DNA from: a virus
DNA: 64,000 nucleotides
Direction: 5' to 3' (one strand)
IMG/VR virus record: IMGVR_UViG_3300008448_011290
Below the pieces are notes generated by a model, which saw only the letters and a program-made list of their open reading frames with translations, did not search any database and had not been told where the DNA came from. Positions 1-9,091 of this stretch are shown one piece after another. Made by a program: the position numbers and the translations under genes. Position 1 is the stretch's first letter. Each line of letters begins with the position of its first letter.

Positions 1-255
1 TAGAGCGGGATATTTTTCATGCAATTCAAACTCATAATTTCTAAGAGCTGTGGAGCTCCATCCATCATAAGACACAGTGTATGATGTTGATGCAGTGCCG
101 CTGCCCACGCCTTGCGGCAAGATTGAATTTGCTTGTACTGAAAAAATACCGGGAATGTTTACTTGTCCTGTTTTTGGATCTAACGATCCATATGACTTTT
201 GATTTTCTAATTCAGGAAATAATGGACAGGTACTGACAGTTGAGCTATTAGCCAT
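1..255 (-). CDS. Hypothetical protein, partial (runs off the left edge)
   Basis: Manual translation MANSSTVSTCPLFPELE...ELHEKYPAL. ATG overlaps the folE stop. The KYPAL motif also occurs in 55969..56271. Confidence 0.55.
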   Translation of the reverse strand, partial: MANSSTVSTCPLFPELENQKSYGSLDPKTGQVNIPGIFSVQANSILPQGVGSGTASTSYTVSYDGWSSTALRNYEFELHEKYPAL

Positions 256-1000
256 TGGGACCACTTTGTGCTTCTTGTAATTGTATATTGTGCATAAATT
301 CATTTTTTAATGCAGGATCTGTTTTCAATAAACCTTTCAACACTGTGGTTTGTGTGCTGGAGTTAGCACTTCTTATACCTCTGTTCTCACAACAGCCGTG
401 TCTTGCTCGTATATAGACTCCTACTGCTGGACTCTCTGTGAGTTTTGTAATTTTATAAGCAATCATTTCTGTTAATTCTTCTTGCAGATGTCCTCTGTGT
501 GCCAGATGCTGTGCAACTCGAGTGTATTTGCTCAATCCAATAAGTTTTTTACCTGGTAGACAACCAATATAACATATACCTGTTACTGGTTGATGGTGAT
601 GCGAACACATACTCTTAATGTCTGCTCGTACCACAATTAATTGATCATATCTGCCGTCTTCATTAGGAAATGCTGTTACTTCCGGGGCAGTACTGTATCT
701 TCCGCCCATGATTTCATTAATATACATCTTTGCTAATCTTCGACCTGTACCTCTACTGTTGGGATCATTCTCTCTGTCAATAACTAGACTATCCAACACT
801 GCTTCAAATTTAACTTGTAATTCATCAATAAGTTTTTCTCTCTCGCCTTCTTCAATATATTTGCTAATATTATCTGCTGCAAAAAATCTATCTCCTGATT
901 TTTTAATTCTTTCTCGTATCTGTTGGCTTACAGGTTTATTTTTATCAGTCCATGTATCTATTAACCCTTGTGCTAGAGGATCTTTATTGATATCAGTCAT
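248..1000 (-). CDS. folE: GTP cyclohydrolase I
   Basis: SMCSHHHQP, GLSKY.R, LQEELT and HGCCENRG motifs. Start placed at MTDINK (TAATG overlap with the upstream gene). Confidence 0.95.
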   Translation of the reverse strand: MTDINKDPLAQGLIDTWTDKNKPVSQQIRERIKKSGDRFFAADNISKYIEEGEREKLIDELQVKFEAVLDSLVIDRENDPNSRGTGRRLAKMYINEIMGGRYSTAPEVTAFPNEDGRYDQLIVVRADIKSMCSHHHQPVTGICYIGCLPGKKLIGLSKYTRVAQHLAHRGHLQEELTEMIAYKITKLTESPAVGVYIRARHGCCENRGIRSANSSTQTTVLKGLLKTDPALKNEFMHNIQLQEAQSGPNG

Positions 1001-1527
1001 TAATTTAATTCCTTCCATGGTTTATCTGATCTCATTGTTAATATTATTCTAGGTTCATTAGTCGGATTTATTGCACTATGAGGAACCTGTGTATTAAAAA
1101 ATGCTGCTTTATTTAGATATATTCTATCAATTTCTTCCACATCTGATTCTTTGTATCCATTATAATAATTAATACCAGCACTTTTTTTTTCTAATTGAGC
1201 ACCTTCTTTTATTTTATAGAATACTGTATAAGTTTTTTCACAATTGTAAACAGGAATATTCAATGAATATTTAGTTTTTTCAACAGGACCATAATCTATA
1301 TGTATTGGAAGTTTTGAATTATGTTTGGTAGAAACGATGGCTACATCAAATATTTCATTCCATGGTTTTAATTTTTCTACAGATTCTTTTAATATTTCAA
1401 TTTCTCCAAAAAACTTTTTATCATAACTCTTGTATGCAGAATTATCTTTGTGAAAATCTGGAATTTTTTCTAAAACTTTTTTAGATATCTCTTCTAAATT
1501 TGGCATATCAACGTATTGGTAATTCAT
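1000..1527 (-). CDS. Fe(II)/2OG-dependent oxygenase-like (cupin) protein
   Basis: HxD (IHID), distal His (PHSAIN) and Arg (PRIILT). AT-rich. Confidence 0.65.
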   Translation of the reverse strand: MNYQYVDMPNLEEISKKVLEKIPDFHKDNSAYKSYDKKFFGEIEILKESVEKLKPWNEIFDVAIVSTKHNSKLPIHIDYGPVEKTKYSLNIPVYNCEKTYTVFYKIKEGAQLEKKSAGINYYNGYKESDVEEIDRIYLNKAAFFNTQVPHSAINPTNEPRIILTMRSDKPWKELN

Positions 1528-2519
1528 TAGTTCAAGTCTTTTTGATTGATCTTACTATACCATTTTACAGCAGTCTGCACTATGTTGTCAATAGAGCTGT
1601 GCTTGGGTTCCCAACCCAATTCACTTTTTGCACGTGTGGTATTTGCTACCAACACTGGTGGGTCTCCTGCTCTGCGAGCCATTTCAGCAATCTTTATATT
1701 GCCCACATATTTTTTAATAGTTTCTAACAGTTGTCTATTGCTGGTACTAATACCAGAGCCTAAATTATATCTTTCACAGATCACATTACCTGATGCACGT
1801 TGTAGAGATAGAACATGTGCATTGGCAAGATCAGTCACATGCACGTAATCTCTCACACAGGTTCCATCGGGTGTATCAAAATCTGTACCAAATAATCGAA
1901 ACTCGCGAGTTTGATATGCTGCTTCTATAGCCAATGGTATGATATGCGACTCATCTTCTCTTAGTTCACCTATTTCACTGTCAGCGTCAGCACCTGCAGC
2001 ATTAAAATATCTTAAACTTACACTGCTTAATCCATAAGCCACATAATAATCTTTTAGAATATTTTCTACCATTAATTTGCTTCTACCATAGGGATTGATT
2101 GGTTGTAGATCAGTTTCGTCGTCTTCTGCTATACCATTAGCAGGAATACCATAAACGGCTGCACTGGATGAGAACACAAACTTGTTTACACCTGCTTCTC
2201 TTAATTTGTCTAATAATTGCACAGTCATTATCACATTGTTCTTGTAATATTTAGATGGATTTCGTACAGATTCTCCCACTTGTGTGTGTGCGGCAAAATG
2301 TATGCAAGAATCTATGTTGTATCTGTGAATTATCTCTTTTAAAAAATCTATATCTCGAGGTAGATTACATTCAAATGCTGGTCCGTATTGTGTAGCCCAT
2401 GGTTTGGTCTTGATATCTCTGTCTACTACCACAGGTGTAAAACCATTTTTTGTTAATTCTTTAGCAGTGTGAGAACCTATATAACCGGCTCCTCCCACAA
2501 CCAGCACTGACTTGTTCAT
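1527..2519 (-). CDS. galE: UDP-glucose 4-epimerase
   Basis: GGAGYIGSH, HFAA..QVGES, FSSSAAVYG, YGRSK, LRYFN, RDYVHVTDLA. Confidence 0.95.
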   Translation of the reverse strand: MNKSVLVVGGAGYIGSHTAKELTKNGFTPVVVDRDIKTKPWATQYGPAFECNLPRDIDFLKEIIHRYNIDSCIHFAAHTQVGESVRNPSKYYKNNVIMTVQLLDKLREAGVNKFVFSSSAAVYGIPANGIAEDDETDLQPINPYGRSKLMVENILKDYYVAYGLSSVSLRYFNAAGADADSEIGELREDESHIIPLAIEAAYQTREFRLFGTDFDTPDGTCVRDYVHVTDLANAHVLSLQRASGNVICERYNLGSGISTSNRQLLETIKKYVGNIKIAEMARRAGDPPVLVANTTRAKSELGWEPKHSSIDNIVQTAVKWYSKINQKDLN

Positions 2520-2523
2520 ACCT

Positions 2524-3699
2524 TTAATATTTGCTTTCGGACGCGGTGTTTCTATAATGTTTACCATCTCTTCTCCATTGCTCGCCTATACCAGTCATAA
2601 TATCAATCATTCTATCAATAGTGCTATCAGTCCAATCAGATATACGACCCATATTAGGAGATGGTTTGGATAATAATGTTTTTAATTTCTCCATTGCATC
2701 TCTGCCACTCCACGGTACATACATTCTAGTTTCATCATTGGCAAAAGTTTCTGGAAATGATCGATATGCTGGAAATAAAACATTACAACCTAGAGTATCT
2801 GCTTCAGAAACTGTGTTAGATACCCAATCTTGTAGAGCACAATTGAATAATACTCGAGTATCATTTAATAATTCATAATAATCATTCTTTTTAAGATTTT
2901 CATAGATTTTTAATGCACCTGCCTGTTCCATCATTTTTGCTCGATTTACATAAACAGGATTATTGGATCTTAGAGGTCCTCCACAGAATATTGCAAATTC
3001 TACAGAGGGTAAAGTTTTGTTTGCATGCCAGTGTTCTATTAAATCCATAAAGAATCCGGGTTGTTTCTCTTGATCCCATCTCGCAGCGAATCCGACTCTT
3101 CGAGCTCTTTGCTCAAATGGTTTAATTTTTTTAACTCGTTCTAGTACTTCCGCTTTGCCATAACTTAAACCAGATATGTTATAGATAGGAGCCTTCCAAT
3201 TGGCTATTCTCATATGAGCTACCATCTCTTCATTGGTTGCAAGAATATGCACATTGGGTATTTCATTACACATTTGTTCATACAAACTCATCCATCGGCT
3301 CATTCCCCAAACGTGTACAAAATCATCTGGATCTATGGCTTGTGCCAAACATCTTAAATAAATTCTTGGTCTATATTGTTCTGGTGATTGTTGTATGATA
3401 TAAGGCAGAGATTCTATGCCTGGTTGGAACATATCTTCAAAAAATATCGCATCATCTGATGTAATCTCTCCTGCTTTCATCATCCGAACCAAATTCATCA
3501 TTTGGCTCATACCAAAATAACTTCTTCCGTGGGCATCTAATACCTGTCCTGTTACAATTGCTTTAGAATTATCTATAGTAGTACCTGGCACAATAACATA
3601 ATCTATACCACGTCTTTTATAAACTCTTTCTGTCCAATCTGTTAATTGTAGAGTATAACGACCTTCATAAGGTTCTAAACCCATGTAAAATATTTTCAT
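2524..3699 (-). CDS. GT-B (GT4-like) glycosyltransferase, candidate DNA glycosyltransferase
   Basis: C-terminal half ARWDQEKQP...LFNCALQDWVSNTVSEADTLGC.VL.P resembles the GT4 nucleotide-sugar-binding region. Adjacent to galE. Confidence 0.75.
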   Translation of the reverse strand: MKIFYMGLEPYEGRYTLQLTDWTERVYKRRGIDYVIVPGTTIDNSKAIVTGQVLDAHGRSYFGMSQMMNLVRMMKAGEITSDDAIFFEDMFQPGIESLPYIIQQSPEQYRPRIYLRCLAQAIDPDDFVHVWGMSRWMSLYEQMCNEIPNVHILATNEEMVAHMRIANWKAPIYNISGLSYGKAEVLERVKKIKPFEQRARRVGFAARWDQEKQPGFFMDLIEHWHANKTLPSVEFAIFCGGPLRSNNPVYVNRAKMMEQAGALKIYENLKKNDYYELLNDTRVLFNCALQDWVSNTVSEADTLGCNVLFPAYRSFPETFANDETRMYVPWSGRDAMEKLKTLLSKPSPNMGRISDWTDSTIDRMIDIMTGIGEQWRRDGKHYRNTASESKY

Positions 3700-4046
3700 C
3701 GAGCAACCTTTGTTAATTTAACACCACCATCACTGGTATGTTTAATATCATAATCACATTTCGCTTTAAGATGCAACCAAGTTCTAATTTTTTCATCCTT
3801 AACATATAGAGTCACTGTATCTTCCATATCATCGTTGTAGCCGTGATATGCCCAAATAAAATCCTTGCCATAGGTATAACCAGCACTGCCCATCATAGTG
3901 CATACATTGGCCACAGCATCTACGAAAGTATAGTCAGCATTCAATGCACCGCCACCTATGGGAAGATAACCTTTCCTTTTGGTCAATGTCTTAACTGGTA
4001 CGTTAACTTCTACGTTAACCTCTTGGGTATTCTGCTTTCGAGCCAT
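3696..4046 (-). CDS. Hypothetical protein
   Basis: ORF with GGAG upstream of MARKQ, coupled to both neighbours. Confidence 0.6.
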   Translation of the reverse strand: MARKQNTQEVNVEVNVPVKTLTKRKGYLPIGGGALNADYTFVDAVANVCTMMGSAGYTYGKDFIWAYHGYNDDMEDTVTLYVKDEKIRTWLHLKAKCDYDIKHTSDGGVKLTKVAR

Positions 4047-4449
4047 TCTCTCCATCCTCTGATACTTCTATTGTTACTTTTCTGCCTGGGTAACGTTCTA
4101 CAATTGTAAGATATAAATCATCTGATATCATTTCACAAGATTTGTAATCCAAAGCCAATGTCTTCTCTGCGTATAATTTTTCTAACCACCTTTTAAACTG
4201 TATAAACTCAATGTCTCGATCATCATGAAATACTTCTATTGCTACATGAAAATGAAATATATGTCTGTGAGGATAACCTAAGAAACTTACATCATACTCA
4301 TCTCCTGTGGCTAATTTAGGATCTGTTAATGCTGCTGGATATTTGTGAATACCTTCTTTGCGGAAAGTTACCCAAATCATCTTTGAGCTTTGACCTAATT
4401 TTTCTTTTAATGCCTGCTCTCTTTGTAACTGTTGTAAATCTATTGTCAT
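4015..4449 (-). CDS. dpdL: QueD-like T-fold protein, DpdL-type (predicted 7-carboxy-7-deazaguanine decarboxylase)
   Basis: LGYPHRHIF (LxxxHRHxF) in place of the QueD CxxxHGH motif; SCEMI and VSEDGENG T-fold glutamates; dpdA/folE context. Confidence 0.7.
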   Translation of the reverse strand: MTIDLQQLQREQALKEKLGQSSKMIWVTFRKEGIHKYPAALTDPKLATGDEYDVSFLGYPHRHIFHFHVAIEVFHDDRDIEFIQFKRWLEKLYAEKTLALDYKSCEMISDDLYLTIVERYPGRKVTIEVSEDGENGSKAEYPRG

Positions 4450-4964
4450 TTTATAATCTCATCTTTGCTGTATTGATTCCAATCTGTAAATCCTGATTTG
4501 TCTTTAAAATCCTTCATGCTCATGGTCCACACGCCTGGATTGCTATGTCGAAAAGTAACATCATCTATCTTAAAATGTAATTGTTTGTCATCGTCGCTGT
4601 CTTTGAATATAATTGAGCAGAATGGTATAAATTTAGGTTCATTCCATATTAGTGCAAATCTTTTTTTAACTTCTTCATGATCCGCAAAAGGATAATCAAT
4701 TGTGACATAATACCCATTGTCTAATAATTTTTTCATTTGAAAAACATGTGTGCCTATGTTGTATTGAAATGTTCTATTAGCACCATAATAGACTGCTTCA
4801 CAACCATGCAGTGTTGCAAGTTCTAATACCTGATCTGTGTCAAATTCGTTTGTGGCTAAGAATAAGGTTTGTTTGCCATATGCTAGAGTATGTTCGATCT
4901 CTAATCCTGTGAATGCTTTAACTGATTCATTACCAAAATGTCCTGAATTATAATCTCTGTGCAT
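4446..4964 (-). CDS. Hypothetical protein at the head of the deazaguanine/glycosylation operon
   Basis: FTGLEIEHT.AYG..TLF. Start moved to MHRDY because the ORF-track start lies inside a -35/-10 promoter. Confidence 0.6.
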   Translation of the reverse strand: MHRDYNSGHFGNESVKAFTGLEIEHTLAYGKQTLFLATNEFDTDQVLELATLHGCEAVYYGANRTFQYNIGTHVFQMKKLLDNGYYVTIDYPFADHEEVKKRFALIWNEPKFIPFCSIIFKDSDDDKQLHFKIDDVTFRHSNPGVWTMSMKDFKDKSGFTDWNQYSKDEIIK

Positions 4965-4972
4965 ATCGTGTA

Positions 4973-5000
4973 ATTGTAACATAATAATTCAATCTGTCAA
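4973..5000 (-). promoter_or_regulatory. Sigma70-type promoter TTGACA-N16-TACAAT
   Basis: Read directly; 8 nt before ATG 4964. Confidence 0.65.
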
Positions 5001-5156
5001 AGTGTTAATGTTGGTTATTTGCATATTATAATATAGATTATTACACTTACCACTAGTGATATTAATATTATAAATGCGTAATATAATCTGTAACAGTTTA
5101 TTATAAATCGTGATCCTCTCGAGTTATATTTTTTTCCAGATAAAGCAATTATTTTT

Positions 5157-5828
5157 TTAAACATGTTCATGCTGTATTTTTGGATATTGTCCTCGCACAA
5201 AAGGTGGCACATCTTTATATCTTTTTTTATTAGTTTTTTCACCAGGTTCTATGCCTATGGCAGATCTTCTTATATCTATCAAATAAACCAATCTACGATG
5301 ATCTGTATAATTGTAAGCACTGTGTATAAACTGATTATCAAATCCAAATAAATCGCTCCAATCGATCTCTACTCCTTCTACTTCAAGGAATATGTCTCCT
5401 TTAGGTATGATTAAAGGTATGTGTATTCTTAAAAATTCACCATTTCTATTCTCTATTCCTGTATGCCTCTCAATTATACTGTTTTTTTCCAATATAGAAT
5501 AAGTGCTAATAGGACAATCTTCTCCCCAACGTTCTGTTAGAGCTACTGCGGTGGGAAATCTTTTTTTAATTTCTTCATTCTTAAATGGATCTAAAACTAT
5601 ATTTTTTTCTTTATAAACATATTTTAATCCATCTATTTTCCAAGCATGTTCATGACTTTTTATATTGTTGGTATCAAATGTTTCATTGATATAAGGAACA
5701 CCCTTACTGAAATTGCCTTCAATAAAATCTGTGTGATAAGCTAGGAATTCTTCTGTTAACTTCGGCGCAAGAGATAGTAATTCATCTGCTATGCTTATTT
5801 CTTTCCTAAGCCAGATGCTCTTTCTCAT
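5157..5828 (-). CDS. Aspartyl/asparaginyl beta-hydroxylase family Fe(II)/2OG oxygenase
   Basis: SIIERHTG, LRIHIPL, FDN..IHSAYN, RLVYLID. Confidence 0.8.
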   Translation of the reverse strand: MRKSIWLRKEISIADELLSLAPKLTEEFLAYHTDFIEGNFSKGVPYINETFDTNNIKSHEHAWKIDGLKYVYKEKNIVLDPFKNEEIKKRFPTAVALTERWGEDCPISTYSILEKNSIIERHTGIENRNGEFLRIHIPLIIPKGDIFLEVEGVEIDWSDLFGFDNQFIHSAYNYTDHRRLVYLIDIRRSAIGIEPGEKTNKKRYKDVPPFVRGQYPKIQHEHV

Positions 5829-6019
5829 GAATTCAGATTTTTTTCCAATTCTGCGATTTGATCTTTTAAAGCTAATTTTTCTTTTTTTAATCGCATTAAT
5901 ATAGTTTTACTTTCTATACTTCTATCATGAAGTCTTAATTCAGTAACCTCTGCTACCTTTCTATTTAGATAATCATGATGTAGTTGTAATTTTTTTAATT
6001 GTTTGTTTTTATTAGACAT
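5825..6019 (-). CDS. DUF465/YdcH-like small coiled-coil protein
   Basis: L...H..L...V......LKKEKL.LKDQI pattern. Confidence 0.65.
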   Translation of the reverse strand: MSNKNKQLKKLQLHHDYLNRKVAEVTELRLHDRSIESKTILMRLKKEKLALKDQIAELEKNLNS

Positions 6020-6020
6020 A

Positions 6021-7466
6021 TTATGCTCCTTCAAATAGAGAACTGAAATTGTTTTTACCTTTACCGCCACCAGTAGCTCTTTGCCATCGGGTGCCTCTAA
6101 GATCGGCTAAGAACGACGTAGCAGAACTGATTAATTCCATAGGTTTTTCAGATTCAAAAACTTCTTTAACAAATGTATTGAAATATAGAATATTTCTCGG
6201 AACGAAATCACTCATTTGATCTGTATTGTCTGAATCTTTAATCTTTCTCCAGTGTTTTGCTTGTGGTTGATATTTGATAGATTCAATGTCATTCATATCA
6301 TTGGCAATCTGTACTGCTCTAATATGATTATAAACATTGTGAGCCATCATTAATACGTAACTGAAACTATCCCAAGCAGTCTTGCCTTCTTTGTTGTTTT
6401 TATTTAGATCGCCTTCTCCATACCAACAAATATCTCCCATGTTTAATCGATTACCTATAGCAGATTTAAATGGGAATGGTATAGTGCTGCCTTTTAATCT
6501 TTTATCATCTGGTGCTTTCTCCATAATATAACTCCATCTCTTAGGAGTGAATAGATTATGTGTGTAAACCAAACCATTGGCTGTGCTTAGAAATGCTGAT
6601 GCTGAATCAAAACTAATTGTGACATCTGGATTTACATGTTCTCTTAATTGTCTTTGTATCTGTGTTAAGAAACAAGCCCAATCCAATTGTGATGTACCTA
6701 ACACGTGTATCCAGTTTTTCTTGTCTAATTTCTTCTCATCTCTCATTATGATTAATCTTTTTAACAGTACTTCCATGTCGCACATGTTGATACCGCCCAT
6801 TGCCCAACCTTCAAACTCGAAATCTTTGATAGCATCATACCAGGTTTGTGCTGTTTCCCAATCGTCTCCTTGTAGAACGTTTAAAAACTTAGTTTGTCCT
6901 AATCTATTTTTTTGGAAGAAATTGTTGTTATAGATTGTGCCATTTAGAGTGTCTCGGAAACTCTTTAATCCTGTTTTAGGAGAGTTTAATTCGTCAGCTG
7001 CCCAAGTTGGCACGTCCAGCGTCATAGACCAATCAGCAGTCAATTCTAACCAATTTAGAATATCACTTCTAACTTTGTTAGCTTTGTTACCTTCAAAATC
7101 TTGCCAATCAAAATTAATAACTCCTCGTCCTATCTGATATCCACCTGAATCTCCCACTATAGTGGAGAATTTTCTATCTCTTTGTACACACATACTGTCA
7201 GCTACTGGTGCTTTTTCTACATCTAGACACGCATGTCCTGCTGAATATAAACCCACGTCATAGGTGAAATAACCTTTTTCTGGATTAAGGAAGTTTAAAC
7301 CTTCTACATCATTCTCAAAACCCAGAGGTACTCTGTCTTTGGGTATGTGATCACCTTTCGCTCTCTGTTTACTAACGAAAGTATTGTAGAAATTAGATAT
7401 CGCTGGCAAGAACTTCGCAAAGTCCCTGTTCAAAGGTCCTAGATGTTCTTGCCCGATATTTGACAT
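6021..7466 (-). CDS. dpdA: DNA 7-deazaguanine transglycosylase (TGT fold, DpdA2-like)
   Basis: GDSGGYQIG, MTLDVP, LNVLQG, WAMGG, HVLGT and SFDSAS carry the TGT catalytic aspartates. No C-terminal CxCxxC Zn site of bacterial tRNA TGT. Lies among replication genes. Confidence 0.85.
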   Translation of the reverse strand: MSNIGQEHLGPLNRDFAKFLPAISNFYNTFVSKQRAKGDHIPKDRVPLGFENDVEGLNFLNPEKGYFTYDVGLYSAGHACLDVEKAPVADSMCVQRDRKFSTIVGDSGGYQIGRGVINFDWQDFEGNKANKVRSDILNWLELTADWSMTLDVPTWAADELNSPKTGLKSFRDTLNGTIYNNNFFQKNRLGQTKFLNVLQGDDWETAQTWYDAIKDFEFEGWAMGGINMCDMEVLLKRLIIMRDEKKLDKKNWIHVLGTSQLDWACFLTQIQRQLREHVNPDVTISFDSASAFLSTANGLVYTHNLFTPKRWSYIMEKAPDDKRLKGSTIPFPFKSAIGNRLNMGDICWYGEGDLNKNNKEGKTAWDSFSYVLMMAHNVYNHIRAVQIANDMNDIESIKYQPQAKHWRKIKDSDNTDQMSDFVPRNILYFNTFVKEVFESEKPMELISSATSFLADLRGTRWQRATGGGKGKNNFSSLFEGA

Positions 7467-8203
7467 TATTGTGCCTGTGCTGGTATGATGTAACGATATA
7501 CACCCACTCCTGAATCTACTGTAACTTGCATTGCACCTTCATTAGAGAAATGCAGAGTAACTTTGGCAGAATCAGACAATTTTAATATTTGTAGAACTTG
7601 TGCTACTGGCCAACTCCAACCTTTATTAAGAGTGCCTTTAACACCTGTAGCAAAAGTAAATTCTCCACCATGCGATGCTTGATCACCAAAAGTGAATATC
7701 AAATTGCCATTGTCTGTTCTCACAACGAATGTATTATGTTCTGTGTTTGCTACTGATTGGAAGTTGAATCTTTGTACACCTGCCACTGTGGGTTCAATTT
7801 CCACGTCCCATTTAACACCTTTGAATTTGATTGTTTTTAATTTTTCATTGATAATTTCAGCATTCATAAAACGATAATCATTTTTAAAATCACCTTTTTC
7901 ATTTGCAAAGTGTATGCCCACAGGAATTTCAGCGCCATTACGATTGCCTTTGATTACTGAAATATTCGCTTTGTCTTTGTACTCAGGACATTTTAAATGA
8001 ATGTCTAATTTGTTCAATTGCGGCATTCCAAATGTACCTACCAATCCTGCTTGTGGTTGTTTGAATGTGCCTTGTAGAATCACCGAACGATCTTCAGCCA
8101 TGGAATCGATTGCAGTCTCATCTGCTGTGCCTGTGATCTTAACCAGATCTAGAAAACCTAAACCATATGTGTGTTTAACTATGTCTCTTAATATGTCTAT
8201 CAT
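7466..8203 (-). CDS. Putative DNA polymerase sliding clamp (gp45-like)
   Basis: 245 aa, two-domain beta-rich pattern ending Y.YIIPA, near polB; a clamp loader is present in the window. Confidence 0.6.
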   Translation of the reverse strand: MIDILRDIVKHTYGLGFLDLVKITGTADETAIDSMAEDRSVILQGTFKQPQAGLVGTFGMPQLNKLDIHLKCPEYKDKANISVIKGNRNGAEIPVGIHFANEKGDFKNDYRFMNAEIINEKLKTIKFKGVKWDVEIEPTVAGVQRFNFQSVANTEHNTFVVRTDNGNLIFTFGDQASHGGEFTFATGVKGTLNKGWSWPVAQVLQILKLSDSAKVTLHFSNEGAMQVTVDSGVGVYRYIIPAQAQ

Positions 8204-8271
8204 GTTTTGCCTATTCTTAAAAGTTTAAAATTAAATTGTATAAGATATTTAGATAGAAATCAAGTCTTAAA

Positions 8272-9090
8272 TTATTTTTTTGCTGGAATTTCTAAGACTT
8301 TGTACAATACTGGATTATCGTTACCAGGTTTCTGAAATATGGCATAATTGGCTCCAGGTTTAAACTGATCCATTTCTATCACAGTATATCCACATTCTTT
8401 GATCAGTTTGGTCATAGCAGATTTGGTATTATAATTCCAATATCCACGCTTTGATTCATGTAGATCATAATCATATTCGCAGTTGGCATAATGTAAGAAT
8501 ACATAACCTCCTGGTAATATAACTCTAAATATATCTTTGAGATATAATTTTATGTGTTGTTGTGTAAAGAAAGGAAAGGTATCCCAACTGAATACAAAAT
8601 TAACGGAATTATTTGGAATATCTGGACAAGATGTCCAATTGGTTAAATTAAATTTAATATATTGCAAATGAAAGGGATTGAATAATTTTTTTATTTTGGT
8701 TTGACAATGTGGAACAACATCAACAAAATAGTTTAATCTCCATGCTAAGAAACATTTACTAAATTTACCATAGCCTGGACCTATTTCTAAACTATTACAT
8801 AGATTAGCTGCTGAACCTGATTTAGCAAAATGTCCTATTTTACTTTCTATACGATCAAATAATATTTGATCATGTAATAAATCTTTTCTTGCATGTCGCC
8901 ATTCTAAATCAGCAGCATACCAATCTTTGGTTTTATCTAATCGATCTATTTGATCTTGGTTATTAATATCTACAACTGATGCTAAATTTTTAAGTATTTT
9001 TAAATTATCATCAATGAGTTGTTGAAAATCATGTCCTTTGATTTTTTCTAATTTCTCTATTAATAATTTAATCTCTTCTATACTCAACAT
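8272..9090 (-). CDS. Class I SAM-dependent methyltransferase
   Basis: LEIGPGYG, FVFSWDTF, RVILPGG. Confidence 0.8.
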   Translation of the reverse strand: MLSIEEIKLLIEKLEKIKGHDFQQLIDDNLKILKNLASVVDINNQDQIDRLDKTKDWYAADLEWRHARKDLLHDQILFDRIESKIGHFAKSGSAANLCNSLEIGPGYGKFSKCFLAWRLNYFVDVVPHCQTKIKKLFNPFHLQYIKFNLTNWTSCPDIPNNSVNFVFSWDTFPFFTQQHIKLYLKDIFRVILPGGYVFLHYANCEYDYDLHESKRGYWNYNTKSAMTKLIKECGYTVIEMDQFKPGANYAIFQKPGNDNPVLYKVLEIPAKK

Positions 9091-9091
9091 A

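Noticed and set aside
6021-7466. tRNA-guanine transglycosylase (Tgt) acting on tRNA
   Set aside because: No CxCxxC Zn site, divergent length and a replication-gene context favour a DNA-acting DpdA; not formally excluded
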